Assembly (NCBI RefSeq): GCF_001194135.2
Contig: NC_068984.1
Location: 23,607,616 to 23,671,615 of the forward strand
Direction: 5' to 3'
DNA: 64,000 nucleotides
DNA from: Octopus bimaculoides
Lineage: Eukaryota
Both the position numbers and the translations under genes were made by a program. Positions 54,516-63,027 of the stretch are shown piece by piece. The notes under the pieces were generated by a model. That model ran no database searches. It saw only the letters and a list, made by a program, of their open reading frames with translations, and was not told where the DNA came from. How positions within the stretch are numbered: the first letter of the stretch is position 1; each line of letters opens with the position of its first letter.

Positions 54516-56775
54516 GAATATACATATTTATATAAATAAGGATAAGATCGATATTTAAATACCGATTTTATCAAGTGGCCAACATGGGAATAAAAACCAT
54601 CAAAGGTAATAATTATTTAAAATTATAATTTAGGATATCTAAGAGATACCACCACGCTGGAAATAGCAGTCTGTGGTTTTAGAGTCAAGCTTTGACTGCT
54701 ATTTCCAGCGTGGTGGTTTCTCTTAGATACCCTAAATTATAATTATAAATATATATATATATATACAAACATACATACATGCTAATATTGAACAGTGAGA
54801 ATGAGTGCTGAACACCACATTGGTAAGGCTTATTTTTACACACACACACATCTATATACAGAGTGCAATGGGTAAATTCTCACCATTTTATATTTTTTAT
54901 TTCGTACATGCACATTGTTTGTTTTTGATTTTGTCGATTACACAGTATAGTAGGGCAAGTATAGTCAGTCGGGCACAGTCTGTGAGAAAAACAGCACCAT
55001 GATGCAATTCACTCTGCCAGAAATTTGGAAACAACATGCTTTACTGCTTGGCATTCACGCTGGAGACTCCAATAAAAATATTTCAAAGTGTTTGGATGTC
55101 AATCTGAGTACATGTACGGAGAGTGATAAAAATCAAACATCCAGTCAACATCATGGTGTTTGGAGTGGTCACTAGTGATGGCGACATTATGCCTCCATTC
55201 ATCTTCCCACACAGCCTCAGACTCAATGCAGAGGCCTACATCAAGTGCCTGAAGGTGGTAGTGCTGGCCTGGGTCAAGAGGTTTGGCTGCTGGAAGACCC
55301 TATGTCTGGCAACAGGACCCTGCACTATGCCACACAAGCAGGAGAATCCAGTCATGGCTGTCAAACAATTTGTAGCCACATCACCCCTAACATCTGGCCA
55401 CCTAACTCCCCAGACTGCAACCCCTTTGATTATTATGTGTGTGGTGCAGTTGAGCGAGAGATCAGCAAAACTCTTTGTAACACCAAAGATGAACTGAAGA
55501 CAAGGATTATGGCAGTATCACCAACTTAAACAAGGAGACCATCCAGAAGAGTTGCAGGAGATTCCGAAGTTTGGAGGGCGTGGTTGAAGCCAATGGCAAT
55601 TTTATTGAATAAATTTACTCTTTAGTATTTCAAGATATTTTTATGGAATTTTGGTAAATATATCTGTTAAAATGAGATGTCAGTGTTATTTTCATTTTTG
55701 TGTAATTTAANNNNNNNNNNTATATATATATATATATGAGATACTCTTGCTTCTATTCATCCGTTTGGAAACATTTGCCTTGAATAAATGAAAACATTGC
55801 AGAGATGAGAGAATTCTTTTTTTCTCTAGTATTGGTGTCCTGAAAAATGCACTCAATATGCTCTATAAAGTGTTTGTTGCAATGAAGGGTGTCCAGCTAT
55901 AGAAAGTGTGCTAAAACAGAGCATAAATAGTGTCTACTTAGAGCTAGAAAGATTAAACCAGTGTGAATTAAGTGTATCTAAAAGGATATAAAGCAATGCT
56001 GGTAACTGTAATACATATTGGTGAGAAGTTACCAATAAAGCACTACGTCAAACAAGAAATGCCTAACAGTGATTAACTCTACTCCTCCATGATGCCACTC
56101 CTGAGATTTGAACAAACACTCCTTTGTCATTTTTGCCAACAGAAATGAAAGTAAACAAGTGATCAACTCCTTGGAAAACTATAACCAATGAGACAATTGT
56201 TAGAAACAGGTGAGGCTTCAGGATCACAAATGTTTCAGCTTTAAAAAGGCCATGGTGACCAACTGCTCCTAAGCACAGGCCCTAATGCAACAGAAGTAAA
56301 CCATCATAATCAACAGTTAACGTCCATCTTCCTTGCTGGCATGGGTTGGACAGCTTGACTGAAAATTGGTAATCTAAGGAGCTGCACCAGGTTTCAATCC
56401 GATTTGGCATGGTTTCTACAGCTGGATGCCCTTCCTAACGCCAACCACTCCAAGAGTGTAGTGGGTGTTTTTTGTGTCACCAGTACAGGTGCCAATTATG
56501 AAACACTGGCATCAGTCACAACTACAATATCACTTGGCTTGACAGGTTTTCTCAAGCACAGTATATTGCCAGAAGTCTCAGTCACTTGTCACTGCCTCTG
56601 TGAGGTCATAAAATAATGGTCAAATTCAATTTAAATACTAACTCAGTTTTACAAATACTAATATTTCAACTATATTATAGAAATATCAGCAGCCTTATAA
56701 ACTGAACAGTTTGAAATAAGAAAATACTACTTGTATATTAGATAACATATAATATATACATATATACATACATAT

Positions 56776-56834
<59 letters not shown>

Positions 56835-57424
56835 GTGTGCATGTGTATAAATTTCAGATTAACCACAATTTAATGAATGAGAGGAGCAAAATGAGTTTCA
56901 ACTTTTGGAAATAGCACATCACTTGGCTGAAAACTGGCCACAGGAAAAGACAATTGGAGGGAGGTAAAACTGACATGCCAACATGGAAAAATGATTAGAC
57001 ATATGCTGATGACAATGATGATCATAATGCAACACTGAAATAATATATGTGTTAATATAACCTGCCAAAAAATTTAAGCTTTCAATAAATGCAAACATCT
57101 TTTAATACTGAAAGGGAATGCCATACTGCTTATCAAATGTTTATTTTCTACAGGTGTAAATCAGGTTTATAGTTATTCTACCTGTTAACTTGTCTTGTCA
57201 TCACAAGCAGTAAAACCATCAAAAGGAATTTTTATTTTTCTTATATTTGTTTTCATCTGATTTTCTCTTGCTCTATCCAAGTTACTGTAAAGTATCAACT
57301 TCCTAAATCAGATTGTTCAATTGTTATAGGACCATAGATTTCACTATAACTTGATATTAGTAAAATCATTATTTTCAAGTGATAAGGGAAATCAAATAGT
57401 TATGTGTGACAAATGAATACCTAC

Positions 57425-57467
<43 letters not shown>

Positions 57468-60400
57468 TAAGATAAACAACTAGACACACAATGTGATATT
57501 AACAGCTAGATGCAATGTGATGCCATAAAGGAAGAAATGTGACGAAGGATGTTAAGACACCTACATTTATAGAAATAAATAAGAGTGAGATGCTTTTAAT
57601 GCTGTAGGAAAAGCCCAAATGTATACGCATATGCTGATAGGGGATGTAATTGCCCCCCCCCCAATATTGTCTGTATTTCTGAAATGAGAAATTATGAATA
57701 TTATAACACCAATATATTCAGGTTAGTGTCTTCATTCTGGTTGTTATAAGTTACTAAAACAACCAAGATGAGAACACCACTCCAAACATGTCAATGTATG
57801 GTAACCAATAAACATGTCCTTACACCAATCTTTTATAAAGATTTCACAATTTAATAAATGTATGTTATCAATTCTATGGAGTTCTGACTAATACTGACTA
57901 TAGACTATATATTAAAATATAATTAGCAACAACTACTCAAATGAGCAATATCTACTAATTGATAAATGATTGGTACAGCCAATGCATCCTCAAGATTTGA
58001 TTTTGAACTAACATTTTTAGTTACTCGAGATAATATTCAGAATATTGATTTTCTAATTAGATATTGAAGCATTCCACAACTTTTAATGATGGTTGTAAAC
58101 TTTCATCCTTGGAGTTAGATAAATACCATCAGATGTTCCTTAAACTAGTTTTGCTTTTTTTTTAATAGTATGGTCTACAGAAAGGGGCTTTACCTATGGC
58201 CACCACAGACTTTCAAATACCAGAGATGTGCCTAGAATGTTAACTGCTAAGTCAATAATTATAGAAATTAACAAGGGCAGAGAGGGAATCCTGAAAGATG
58301 AAGTTCTGGAAAGAAAGGATTTAGTACAGTGGTTAGTGTGGGGCTGGGAGTAAGTACAGCATGGGTGAGCTTAGGTCAAGCTAGAATGAGACCAGCTAGC
58401 TTTGAAAAGCAAAAACCATTGTTAGTAGTAGTAGAAAAGACAGAATAAAGAGACAATAATGTTTGTGGCCAGACTTTGGATTGTGATGGAGAGCTCTATG
58501 CCAATTAATTGGGAGTATGAGATGTCAGAATGCCCATATGCAACAGTAGCACTGCTGCGGATGTGAGAGCAACCTTCTACTGCAGGTCTCACTTGAGCAT
58601 AGTAGAAGTATATTGGGCTTGAGCCACCCGATATCTTGTCTTCATACCTAAGTTATCTAAAGGATGTCAGGTTTGTGAAACTGATTTCTTTCCAAGCCAA
58701 ACTCATTGTAGTATCTAAGTTAAGCACTTCTCAATTATAAAGTTGTTCTATTGTTTATAATGATAAATTGTACTATCTGGTAGTACCTACATAAAATTAG
58801 GTGGGCAAGGCCATTGAGAATGAGGTACAGTAACCACAGCACAGATGGTGGGATATGAACCAACACGTCTTTAGCAAGTAGGCTAGAGCCCTATTAACTT
58901 GGTCAGGTGTCAAGTATATTGTATAATTTGTCATTGTTCATTGCACTTAAGTTTTTACAATAGCTTCAACAATTCAAAATGAATTACTCCAATCCTAACA
59001 AAGAATTCTTAGTATTTTAGTTCACCAGTATAACGAGGAATTGGGCAGTGACAAGTTCATGAAAGGTTTTTGATGACTCTTAAATGAATATCTTAATAGA
59101 TGTACCAAAATAAAACTATAACAGATATATTGCAAATCTTTCTCTGTGTGTCTTTTTTTCAATTATTTATTTTGAATATCTTTACCTTGAAAGTAAATCA
59201 ATCTAAATATTGAGGTATTTTTAATGCTAAATGAATAATCTTAATAAGACACCATGCCAATGTTGTAGTCTTTCAAAAGGGACTGTATTGTTACTGAATT
59301 ATGACAACATGGATTTACATAGGCCCTTTATGATCACTGATTTAAAATGAGTTTAAAAATTAGTATTCTACTCTGCTGGTTTTTGTTTTTAAAGAAAATG
59401 TAGACAGCTTTTATAATGCATCTTAGATATATTTATTATAACACTAAAGAGTTAAATCATAAATAAAAATTTTAATCAAGTTAATTTAGTAACCTGTTAA
59501 TGATTAGTACATTACTTTCCTTGATAGTATTTTTAGTGTTGTGATCATAACAAGGCAATGTTAGTTATATTGAAGGCATCTTTCTAGATCTTTTTTCTAT
59601 ATTAACACAAATTTCCAATAATTTTTTTATCAGATTCCTTTTACATCAATTTTGAGACTTAATGGGAATTAAATAATTTCTGCTGAAATTATCATCAAAA
59701 ACAAATTCAAGAACATTCACACAAAAGGTTTAACACTCTAAATAAGAAAGGCGAGGGATAACTGAGTGTTTTATCTTGAGAAGAATACTTAAATTTGTTT
59801 TAACAACTGAGGATTTCACTTGACAAAACTATAAAATATATATAGCTTAAAGGCTTTCAGAAGATAATGAACCTTTCCCTAAAATGCACGTTCATTTATT
59901 TACAAAAATATAATTGTTTATTATGATTTTGCTAGTTATCTTCCTTTGATATGTGTATTTGCTTACAACAAATTAATATTAAAATTACCAACAACATTTT
60001 GTTATACTGCAATACAATACATATTTTCCTAATAAATTATTTTTAAATCAAATTTTAAACTAATTAAAATAATTTTAGTATAGATCATATATGACCGTTT
60101 AAAAATATACCTCAATAAGTTCCTACTGCGAAACTTACTAAAGTTTAACAAAATCAGGATACTTACTTATGGCACGAACGACAGTGGTCATCATATTGGA
60201 TGTTTCCTTCATTCATGATTTCTTCTCTTACTGCATTTGTCGCAAGGAACAAATCGGTCAGAGTCTGAAGTACCTTCAACCTGTCTTCGATGCCAACAAA
60301 CGGAAAATCAGTCTTCTCCAAAATCTCAAGAGTCTCTTTATATTCTTGGTTTCGGTCACTGTCCAAGTAGGCTCGGACCAGTTCCGTCCAAGTCATTCCA

Positions 60401-61227
60401 TCTAAAAAATACAAAGCTATGTTGATACTGTCTTTCAAATCGTGGGCACCGAATGTTGTATTATTTGCTTCCTCTTCCCTTTGAAGGGCTTTCAGCAGTG
60501 TTATATGGATCTCTGCCAGCAGTAGACACTGTTCATCACTATTTAAAGCAGAGCAAAAGTCTTCGAATAAAAAAGGAGATAATCGTAAAATTGACCGAAA
60601 ATGTCTAAGTACTTCGTAGACGCTTAATGCTGACATTAAATATTCAATGGGTAACATAAGATCAGTAGCGGGTGCAGGCAGGTTCAAAGGAGGAATTTCA
60701 CGGGTTTCGTCTAAATCCGGAGTTTTGGGCCGCCGTGAATGGTATCTTCTTTTGCTCACAGAACCCACCGTACTATAACTCTCTTCGCTGTGTATAGATT
60801 CAGACTCTTCATAGGTATCATCCGAACAACGGTCTTCATCTACATTATCCATATCTGTTAAGTCACTAGATTTGTCAGGTTCTACCTCTGAATGTTTATG
60901 TTCATCATCGTCGTCTTCGAGCATTTGTAAGATGTAGCTACGGCTTTTCTGAGCGGCCTCCCTAAGACGGGCACCCCTACTACTGCTCATACTAATGCCG
61001 CTGGCCGTAGAGCCAGCCCTGCCCGTGTGATGATGGTGACTATGGGGTGTTAAATGAGAGCTACTACCAGCATATGTTCCTGTGGAACTTGGTATTCCAC
61101 CGTCAAAGTTGTGGCTATCTCCAAACGTACCATGATAGAAAGCTTTGGGTCTTTTCAGAAAATTGGTCCGACCCGACAATGGGGTTTTTGGCGGACGACC
61201 TCTCGCACGCCTCGATTTTGTAGACAT
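1281..61227 (-). CDS. BPTF: BPTF / NURF301 nucleosome-remodelling factor subunit, multi-exon gene (19 coding exons in window, 3' end beyond left edge)
   Basis: Spliced translation gives AT-hook (RRARGRPPK), DDT ([25 protein letters not shown]), WHIM1, PHD1 ([24 protein letters not shown]...WLCSVC), [24 protein letters not shown]...[31 protein letters not shown] and C-terminal PHDs ([29 protein letters not shown]). These motifs are characteristic of BPTF/E(bx). Exon phases chain without a break. Confidence 0.98.
3534..3781 (-). CDS. BPTF: BPTF exon 18 (start of PHD2)
   Basis: ttttcAG|[13 protein letters not shown]...[16 protein letters not shown]|GTAAGT. 248 nt, phase 0 to 2. Confidence 0.96.
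3884..4109 (-). CDS. BPTF: BPTF exon 17 (coiled coil)
   Basis: ttttgcAG|C CTT TCT GTG... encodes [20 protein letters not shown]...[20 protein letters not shown]|GTATTT. 226 nt, phase 2 to 0. Confidence 0.95.
5377..5680 (-). CDS. BPTF: BPTF exon 16
   Basis: atcgcAG|TT GTT CGA... encodes [19 protein letters not shown]...EQKDEQI CG|GTAAGT. 304 nt, phase 1 to 2. Confidence 0.94.
6551..7489 (-). CDS. BPTF: BPTF exon 15 (Thr/Ala-rich low complexity)
   Basis: attgcAG|GT CAG CAA... encodes [15 protein letters not shown]...[10 protein letters not shown]|GTATCT. 939 nt, phase 1 to 1. Confidence 0.94.
7030..7220 (-). repeat. Coding trinucleotide tracts (poly-Thr ACA, poly-Ala GCA)
   Basis: (gtt)n and (gct)n runs on the + strand inside exon 15. 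Confidence 0.9.
8289..8402 (-). CDS. BPTF: BPTF exon 14
   Basis: atttcAG|CT ACT GTT... encodes [13 protein letters not shown]...[17 protein letters not shown]|GTATGT. 114 nt, phase 1 to 1. Confidence 0.93.
8540..8680 (-). mobile_element. Penelope-like terminal relic with hammerhead-like motif
   Basis: Minus strand reads CUUU-CUGUUGA-A-GAGU-GUAG-GCUU-GAAA-CG-UU-AAAG. Flanked by (TA)n. Confidence 0.5.
9010..9190 (-). mobile_element. Penelope-like terminal relic with degenerate hammerhead-like motif
   Basis: Minus strand reads UUU-CUGAAGA-A-GAGC-UCU-GUUC-AAAG-CA-UU-AAAC. Next to (TA)n. Confidence 0.4.
9195..9440 (-). mobile_element. SINE-like element sharing the RTE LINE 3' tail (family B)
   Basis: Reverse complement of ...ggttggtgttaggaagggcatccagctgtagaaac...caacccatgccaacatgg...(gat)n. 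The same tail ends the RTE element at 48740-48897. Confidence 0.75.
9530..9750 (-). mobile_element. tRNA-headed SINE (family D)
   Basis: gccagctga(a/g)tggactggagcaacatgaaatgaa...gaacacaa...accactaagccac. A second copy is at 33490-33726. Confidence 0.7.
9959..10162 (-). CDS. BPTF: BPTF exon 13
   Basis: atttcAG|CT GCT GCT... encodes [12 protein letters not shown]...QLQATR G|GTAATT. 204 nt, phase 1 to 1. Confidence 0.9.
10450..10793 (-). CDS. BPTF: BPTF exon 12 (Gln-rich)
   Basis: ttttcAG|G TTG GAA... encodes [11 protein letters not shown]...ILASP G|GTAAGC. 344 nt, phase 2 to 1. Confidence 0.93.
11145..11283 (-). CDS. BPTF: BPTF exon 11 (not in the ORF track on this strand)
   Basis: ctttcAG|AG AAA TAC... 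encodes [48 protein letters not shown]|GTAATT. 139 nt, phase 1 to 2. Confidence 0.95.
12213..12426 (-). mobile_element. SINE family A copy with 18-bp target-site duplication
   Basis: Flanked by identical aagattttaatatttatt at 12195-12212 and 12427-12444. Body is the reverse complement of gttctgagttcaaattccgc...gcctttcatcc...ttaagta. Confidence 0.85.
13088..13212 (+). mobile_element. SINE family A, 3'-truncated, well-preserved copy
   Basis: ggcgagctggcagaaac...gttctgagttcaaattccgcc (B-box-like GTTCAAATTCC). CpGs are retained. Confidence 0.8.
13215..13355 (-). mobile_element. SINE family C copy
   Basis: cacaaggctttggtcagcccaaggctgtagtagaagatacttgcccaag. Related copies at about 14795-14890, 15540-15655, 18017-18175 (+), 42480-42655, 44708-44835 (+) and 45945-46085. 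Confidence 0.7.
15281..15426 (+). mobile_element. SINE family A, 5'-truncated
   Basis: ttctgagttcaaattccactgaggtcgactttg...ggccttgtgccaaaatttgaaacc. Confidence 0.75.
18290..18800 (+). mobile_element. Degenerate R4/Dong-like non-LTR retrotransposon, RT part
   Basis: Frameshifted motifs LNCKKEFD (cf. LDYKKAFD), [10 protein letters not shown] (cf. [10 protein letters not shown]) and an FVD-like remnant of the (F/Y)xDD motif. Confidence 0.6.
19030..20340 (-). mobile_element. Internally deleted RTE-clade LINE (endonuclease plus 3' end, no RT)
   Basis: APE endonuclease motifs [24 protein letters not shown] and QHRLVVTD. These join at about 19281 to the C-terminal [14 protein letters not shown]...[17 protein letters not shown] and a (gat)-type tail. 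Confidence 0.85.
20370..21145 (+). mobile_element. Degenerate R4/Dong-like element, downstream part
   Basis: [32 protein letters not shown] and a decayed zinc knuckle [19 protein letters not shown]. Colinear with 18290-18800. Confidence 0.6.
21525..25014 (-). CDS. BPTF: BPTF exon 10 (3490 nt; contains the 36-bp coding minisatellite)
   Basis: gttcAG|[19 protein letters not shown]... open through ...[25 protein letters not shown]|GTTGGT. Phase 0 to 1. Confidence 0.96.
23089..23985 (-). repeat. Coding minisatellite, 25 x 36 bp ([12 protein letters not shown])
   Basis: Unit tgtagttggtgttgttactgcaacagtttttgcaag on the + strand. 24 units of 36 nt plus one of 33 nt give 897 nt, all in frame. Confidence 0.97.
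25250..25480 (+). mobile_element. CRE/NeSL-like retroelement C-terminal (RLE) relic
   Basis: [16 protein letters not shown]...[13 protein letters not shown] resembles the FxPxAxETxGxLG...WLFQRxSLA terminus of RLE-type elements. Confidence 0.55.
26039..26181 (-). CDS. BPTF: BPTF exon 9
   Basis: ttgtAG|GA CAT CAT CGT... encodes [21 protein letters not shown]...[11 protein letters not shown]|GTAAGT. 143 nt, phase 1 to 0. Confidence 0.95.
27325..27708 (-). CDS. BPTF: BPTF exon 8 (conserved WHIM2/WSD-associated region)
   Basis: ttgcAG|GA ATG GAA... encodes [24 protein letters not shown]...KWNGSLYG...LHPNW...WTESL G|GTGAGT. 384 nt, phase 1 to 1. Confidence 0.97.
28006..28209 (-). CDS. BPTF: BPTF exon 7 (not in the ORF track on this strand)
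   Basis: cttctttcAG|AA ACT AGA... encodes [19 protein letters not shown]...[15 protein letters not shown]...GYFKL G|GTAAAC. 204 nt, phase 1 to 1. Confidence 0.93.
28310..28895 (-). mobile_element. Three head-to-tail SINE family A copies
   Basis: aggcc...aatt...atcaaccc...aaagtc(g/a)ac...ctcagaac is repeated three times, separated by (aat)n tails. Confidence 0.75.
29415..29667 (-). CDS. BPTF: BPTF exon 6 (Ser-rich)
   Basis: atttcAG|[15 protein letters not shown]...[14 protein letters not shown]|GTAATA. 253 nt, phase 0 to 1. Confidence 0.85.
30931..31118 (-). CDS. BPTF: BPTF exon 5 (Glu/Arg/Lys-rich)
   Basis: cgtttAG|CA ACT TGT... encodes [27 protein letters not shown]...SFAQE|GTACCA. 188 nt, phase 1 to 0. 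The donor is weak but the phase fits the next exon. Confidence 0.85.
31270..31760 (-). mobile_element. Three head-to-tail SINE family A copies
   Basis: Same family and orientation as 28310-28895. Confidence 0.7.
31800..32005 (-). CDS. BPTF: BPTF exon 4
   Basis: aacAG|T GAG AAA... encodes [23 protein letters not shown]...[21 protein letters not shown]|GTATTA. 206 nt, phase 2 to 1. Confidence 0.95.
32497..32618 (-). CDS. BPTF: BPTF exon 3 (not in the ORF track)
   Basis: tttttAG|[40 protein letters not shown](V)|GTAAGT. 122 nt, phase 0 to 2. Confidence 0.95.
33490..33726 (-). mobile_element. tRNA-headed SINE (family D)
   Basis: Clear similarity to 9530-9750. CpG-rich and better preserved. Confidence 0.75.
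34545..34805 (+). mobile_element. Family B element (RTE 3' UTR/tail)
   Basis: gtgccagtggcac...ggcgttaggaagagcatccatctgtagaaac...caacccatgccagcatgg...gatgatgatgat. Further copies at about 28905-29060 (-), 41680-41885 (+) and 56305-56600 (-). Confidence 0.8.
34898..35018 (-). CDS. BPTF: BPTF exon 2 (PHD1 remainder)
   Basis: ttgtAG|A CTG GGT GAT... encodes (K)[40 protein letters not shown]|GTTAGT. 121 nt, phase 2 to 0. It follows a 25-kb first intron. Confidence 0.96.
37862..38035. repeat. 63-bp inverted repeat with 48-nt spacer
   Basis: Arms 37862-37924 and 37973-38035 are reverse complements with about 3 mismatches. Confidence 0.92.
40052..40087 (+). repeat. 36-nt poly(A) run (poly-U in the BPTF pre-mRNA)
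   Basis: Counted directly. Confidence 0.9.
42341..42392 (+). ncRNA. Minimal type I hammerhead ribozyme-like motif (Penelope-type)
   Basis: CUGAUGA at 42349-42355, helix II GGAAUA/UAUCCC (5 of 6 pairs), GAAA at 42377-42380, palindromic helix III ACAGCUGU and a GUA cleavage triplet at 42386-42388. Confidence 0.6.
47686..48897 (+). mobile_element. RTE-clade LINE 3' part (post-RT domain and 3' UTR)
   Basis: DSFRYPGD...[14 protein letters not shown]...MLHGSETW...[11 protein letters not shown]...[14 protein letters not shown], then a structured 3' UTR ending caacccatgctagcatgg...gttaaatgat. The 5' side is lost in a gap. Confidence 0.9.
48999..49210 (-). mobile_element. Family B element, inverted relative to the adjacent LINE tail
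   Basis: Reverse complement similarity to 48722-48830. Confidence 0.8.
53932..54150 (+). mobile_element. SINE family A, near full length
   Basis: tggtagcgatctggcagaaatgttagcac...gttctgagttcaaattccac...cttgtgccaagagcacaaaagaat. Confidence 0.8.
54622..54743. repeat. 50-bp inverted repeat with 22-nt loop
   Basis: Arms 54622-54671 and 54694-54743, 2 mismatches. Confidence 0.92.
54859..55710 (+). mobile_element. Internally deleted Tc1/mariner-superfamily transposon (DD37D/maT-like)
   Basis: Starts TA|CAGAGTG. Encodes [16 protein letters not shown]...[11 protein letters not shown]...[15 protein letters not shown] with a frameshift. The right end runs into a gap. Confidence 0.8.
58250..58680 (-). 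mobile_element. Degenerate CR1/Jockey-group LINE 3' relic
   Basis: [14 protein letters not shown]...QSLA...FCLFYYY...KSFLSRTS resembles YxAQxRPxxEYCSHIW...SLxHRR...LFYRYY...SFFPRT. Similar weaker relics at about 50880-51200 (+) and 52380-52570 (-). Confidence 0.5.
60167..61227 (-). CDS. BPTF: BPTF coding exon 1 (AT-hook, acidic region, DDT, WHIM1, start of PHD1)
   Basis: ATG at 61227 ([14 protein letters not shown]). Ends ...[10 protein letters not shown]|GTAAGT, phase 2, 1061 nt. Confidence 0.96.
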
Positions 61228-61355
61228 GTTTCACGACAAGAACGTTATCTATATGGAATTAAGCATATTTTTAGAATAGATCTTAATAATACAAAGCGTA
61301 TTTAGATGCGGATTATGAGCATTTTAACAGTGGTCCAGGTTGAACAGTTAGGAAA

Positions 61356-61366
61356 GCCGCCATTTT
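61356..61366 (-). promoter_or_regulatory. YY1-type motif (AAAATGGCGGC) near the presumed BPTF transcription start
   Basis: Exact GCCGCCATTTT on the + strand, 130-140 nt upstream of the ATG. This matches the YY1/Pho consensus, which is common just downstream of housekeeping-gene TSSs. Confidence 0.6.
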
Positions 61367-61389
61367 CTCTCCCCCCCATCACCATCGCA

Positions 61390-61399
61390 GTCACGTGAC
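61390..61399. promoter_or_regulatory. Palindromic extended E-box GTCACGTGAC (USF/MiT-TFE, CLEAR-type)
   Basis: Perfect 10-bp palindrome about 25 nt upstream of the YY1 motif, in a CpG-retaining region. Confidence 0.6.
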
Positions 61400-61811
61400 C
61401 AGCCAACTATATGTTAACGGACGGGCATGGCTGTAAAGGCAACGGTAGCGGGGCTGTTTCCCCCCTATGCTTAGATAGAAGCCAAGTAGTAATGTTTGGA
61501 GAGTGTTCACTCACCTGCAAGACAGCAAAACGAATTAAATTGTCCTTTAAATATGCAATGGCCTCCACAATATATCTATTCCGTGACTATTATGAGAAAA
61601 TGCAGAGTATGAAGGCGGAGGAGTACGGAGCCAGTGACAACAACAAGAAGCCAGGCCGATTCTCAATGTTGTAGAACAACAAGCGGTCCAGTAACGCATT
61701 TTACAATTGGATCAATCGTTTCCTGGCTTTTTTTCTGCTTTCTTTAACGACAACTCCACATTTGAGGCTGGCATGATTCTAATATTATTTTGGTGTAATG
61801 TCTACAATCAA

Positions 61812-61937
61812 ATGTCAGGGTACAACCGGCTTCCTGGTACCTATGTCGGCGTGATTCGGGAATTAGACGACCAAGTCTGGCGTATACACACACCAGAAGT
61901 AACCAATAAGCGACGAGCTTACATGTATAATATGGTG
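61812..61937 (+). CDS. Candidate first coding exon of an unidentified divergent gene
   Basis: ATG at 61812, 42 non-repetitive codons (MSGYNRLPGTYVGVIRELDDQVWRIHTPEVTNKRRAYMYNMV), then GTG|GTAAGG donor. No homologue recognised. Confidence 0.4.
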
Positions 61938-62465
61938 GTAAGGACACAACAGAGATAAATTAAATCAAAATCCGGAATCGTATATGAAATAAACGAAATA
62001 CGAATCAGACACCTTAATTGCATTGTACAATTGATAGGCTATAAAAGCATCTTAATTATATTTATCGATTTCAATAAAAACAAAGATGCTTTGTTTCTTT
62101 TTGATTTAAATAAAATTTTTATATTCGTTATTAATATAAGTAAAACATATTTGTATTAATTCTTTCAATACGTTATTTCCTTATCCTAATTTGACAAATG
62201 GATGAGGTTTGATACTAAAATAAAAGTGGCACGAAGTGGGACATTTTATACAGTCGACCACTATTGTGTTTATATAAACATGTGTATGTAGCTAACCCGA
62301 CCTCGCAATGCCATACATCATGGAAGGGCGGGAATTTATGATTGTCTTTCTGTTAGTAAATTATTTTGTTATTGGTAATTGAAATTCATACAACGATAAA
62401 ATATACAAAGATATCTACATAGAATTTTGTATATCTCTGCCTTATATATTCGCTTATAATTTTAT

Positions 62466-62996
62466 NNNNNNNNNNNNNNNNNNNNNNNNNNNNNNNNNNN
62501 NNNNNNNNNNNNNNNNNNNNNNNNNNNNNNNNNNNNNNNNNNNNNNNNNNNNNNNNNNNNNNNNNNNNNNNNNNNNNNNNNNNNNNNNNNNNNNNNNNNN
62601 NNNNNNNNNNNNNNNNNNNNNNNNNNNNNNNNNNNNNNNNNNNNNNNNNNNNNNNNNNNNNNNNNNNNNNNNNNNNNNNNNNNNNNNNNNNNNNNNNNNN
62701 NNNNNNNNNNNNNNNNNNNNNNNNNNNNNNNNNNNNNNNNNNNNNNNNNNNNNNNNNNNNNNNNNNNNNNNNNNNNNNNNNNNNNNNNNNNNNNNNNNNN
62801 NNNNNNNNNNNNNNNNNNNNNNNNNNNNNNNNNNNNNNNNNNNNNNNNNNNNNNNNNNNNNNNNNNNNNNNNNNNNNNNNNNNNNNNNNNNNNNNNNNNN
62901 NNNNNNNNNNNNNNNNNNNNNNNNNNNNNNNNNNNNNNNNNNNNNNNNNNNNNNNNNNNNNNNNNNNNNNNNNNNNNNNNNNNNNNNNNNNNNNNN
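62466..62996. other. Assembly gap (others at 15679-15707, 32268-32486, 40996-41005, 43878-44197, 47583-47685, 48119-48128, 48898-48997, 55711-55720)
   Basis: Runs of N, mostly abutting (TA)n microsatellites. Confidence 0.98.
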
Positions 62997-63027
<31 letters not shown>

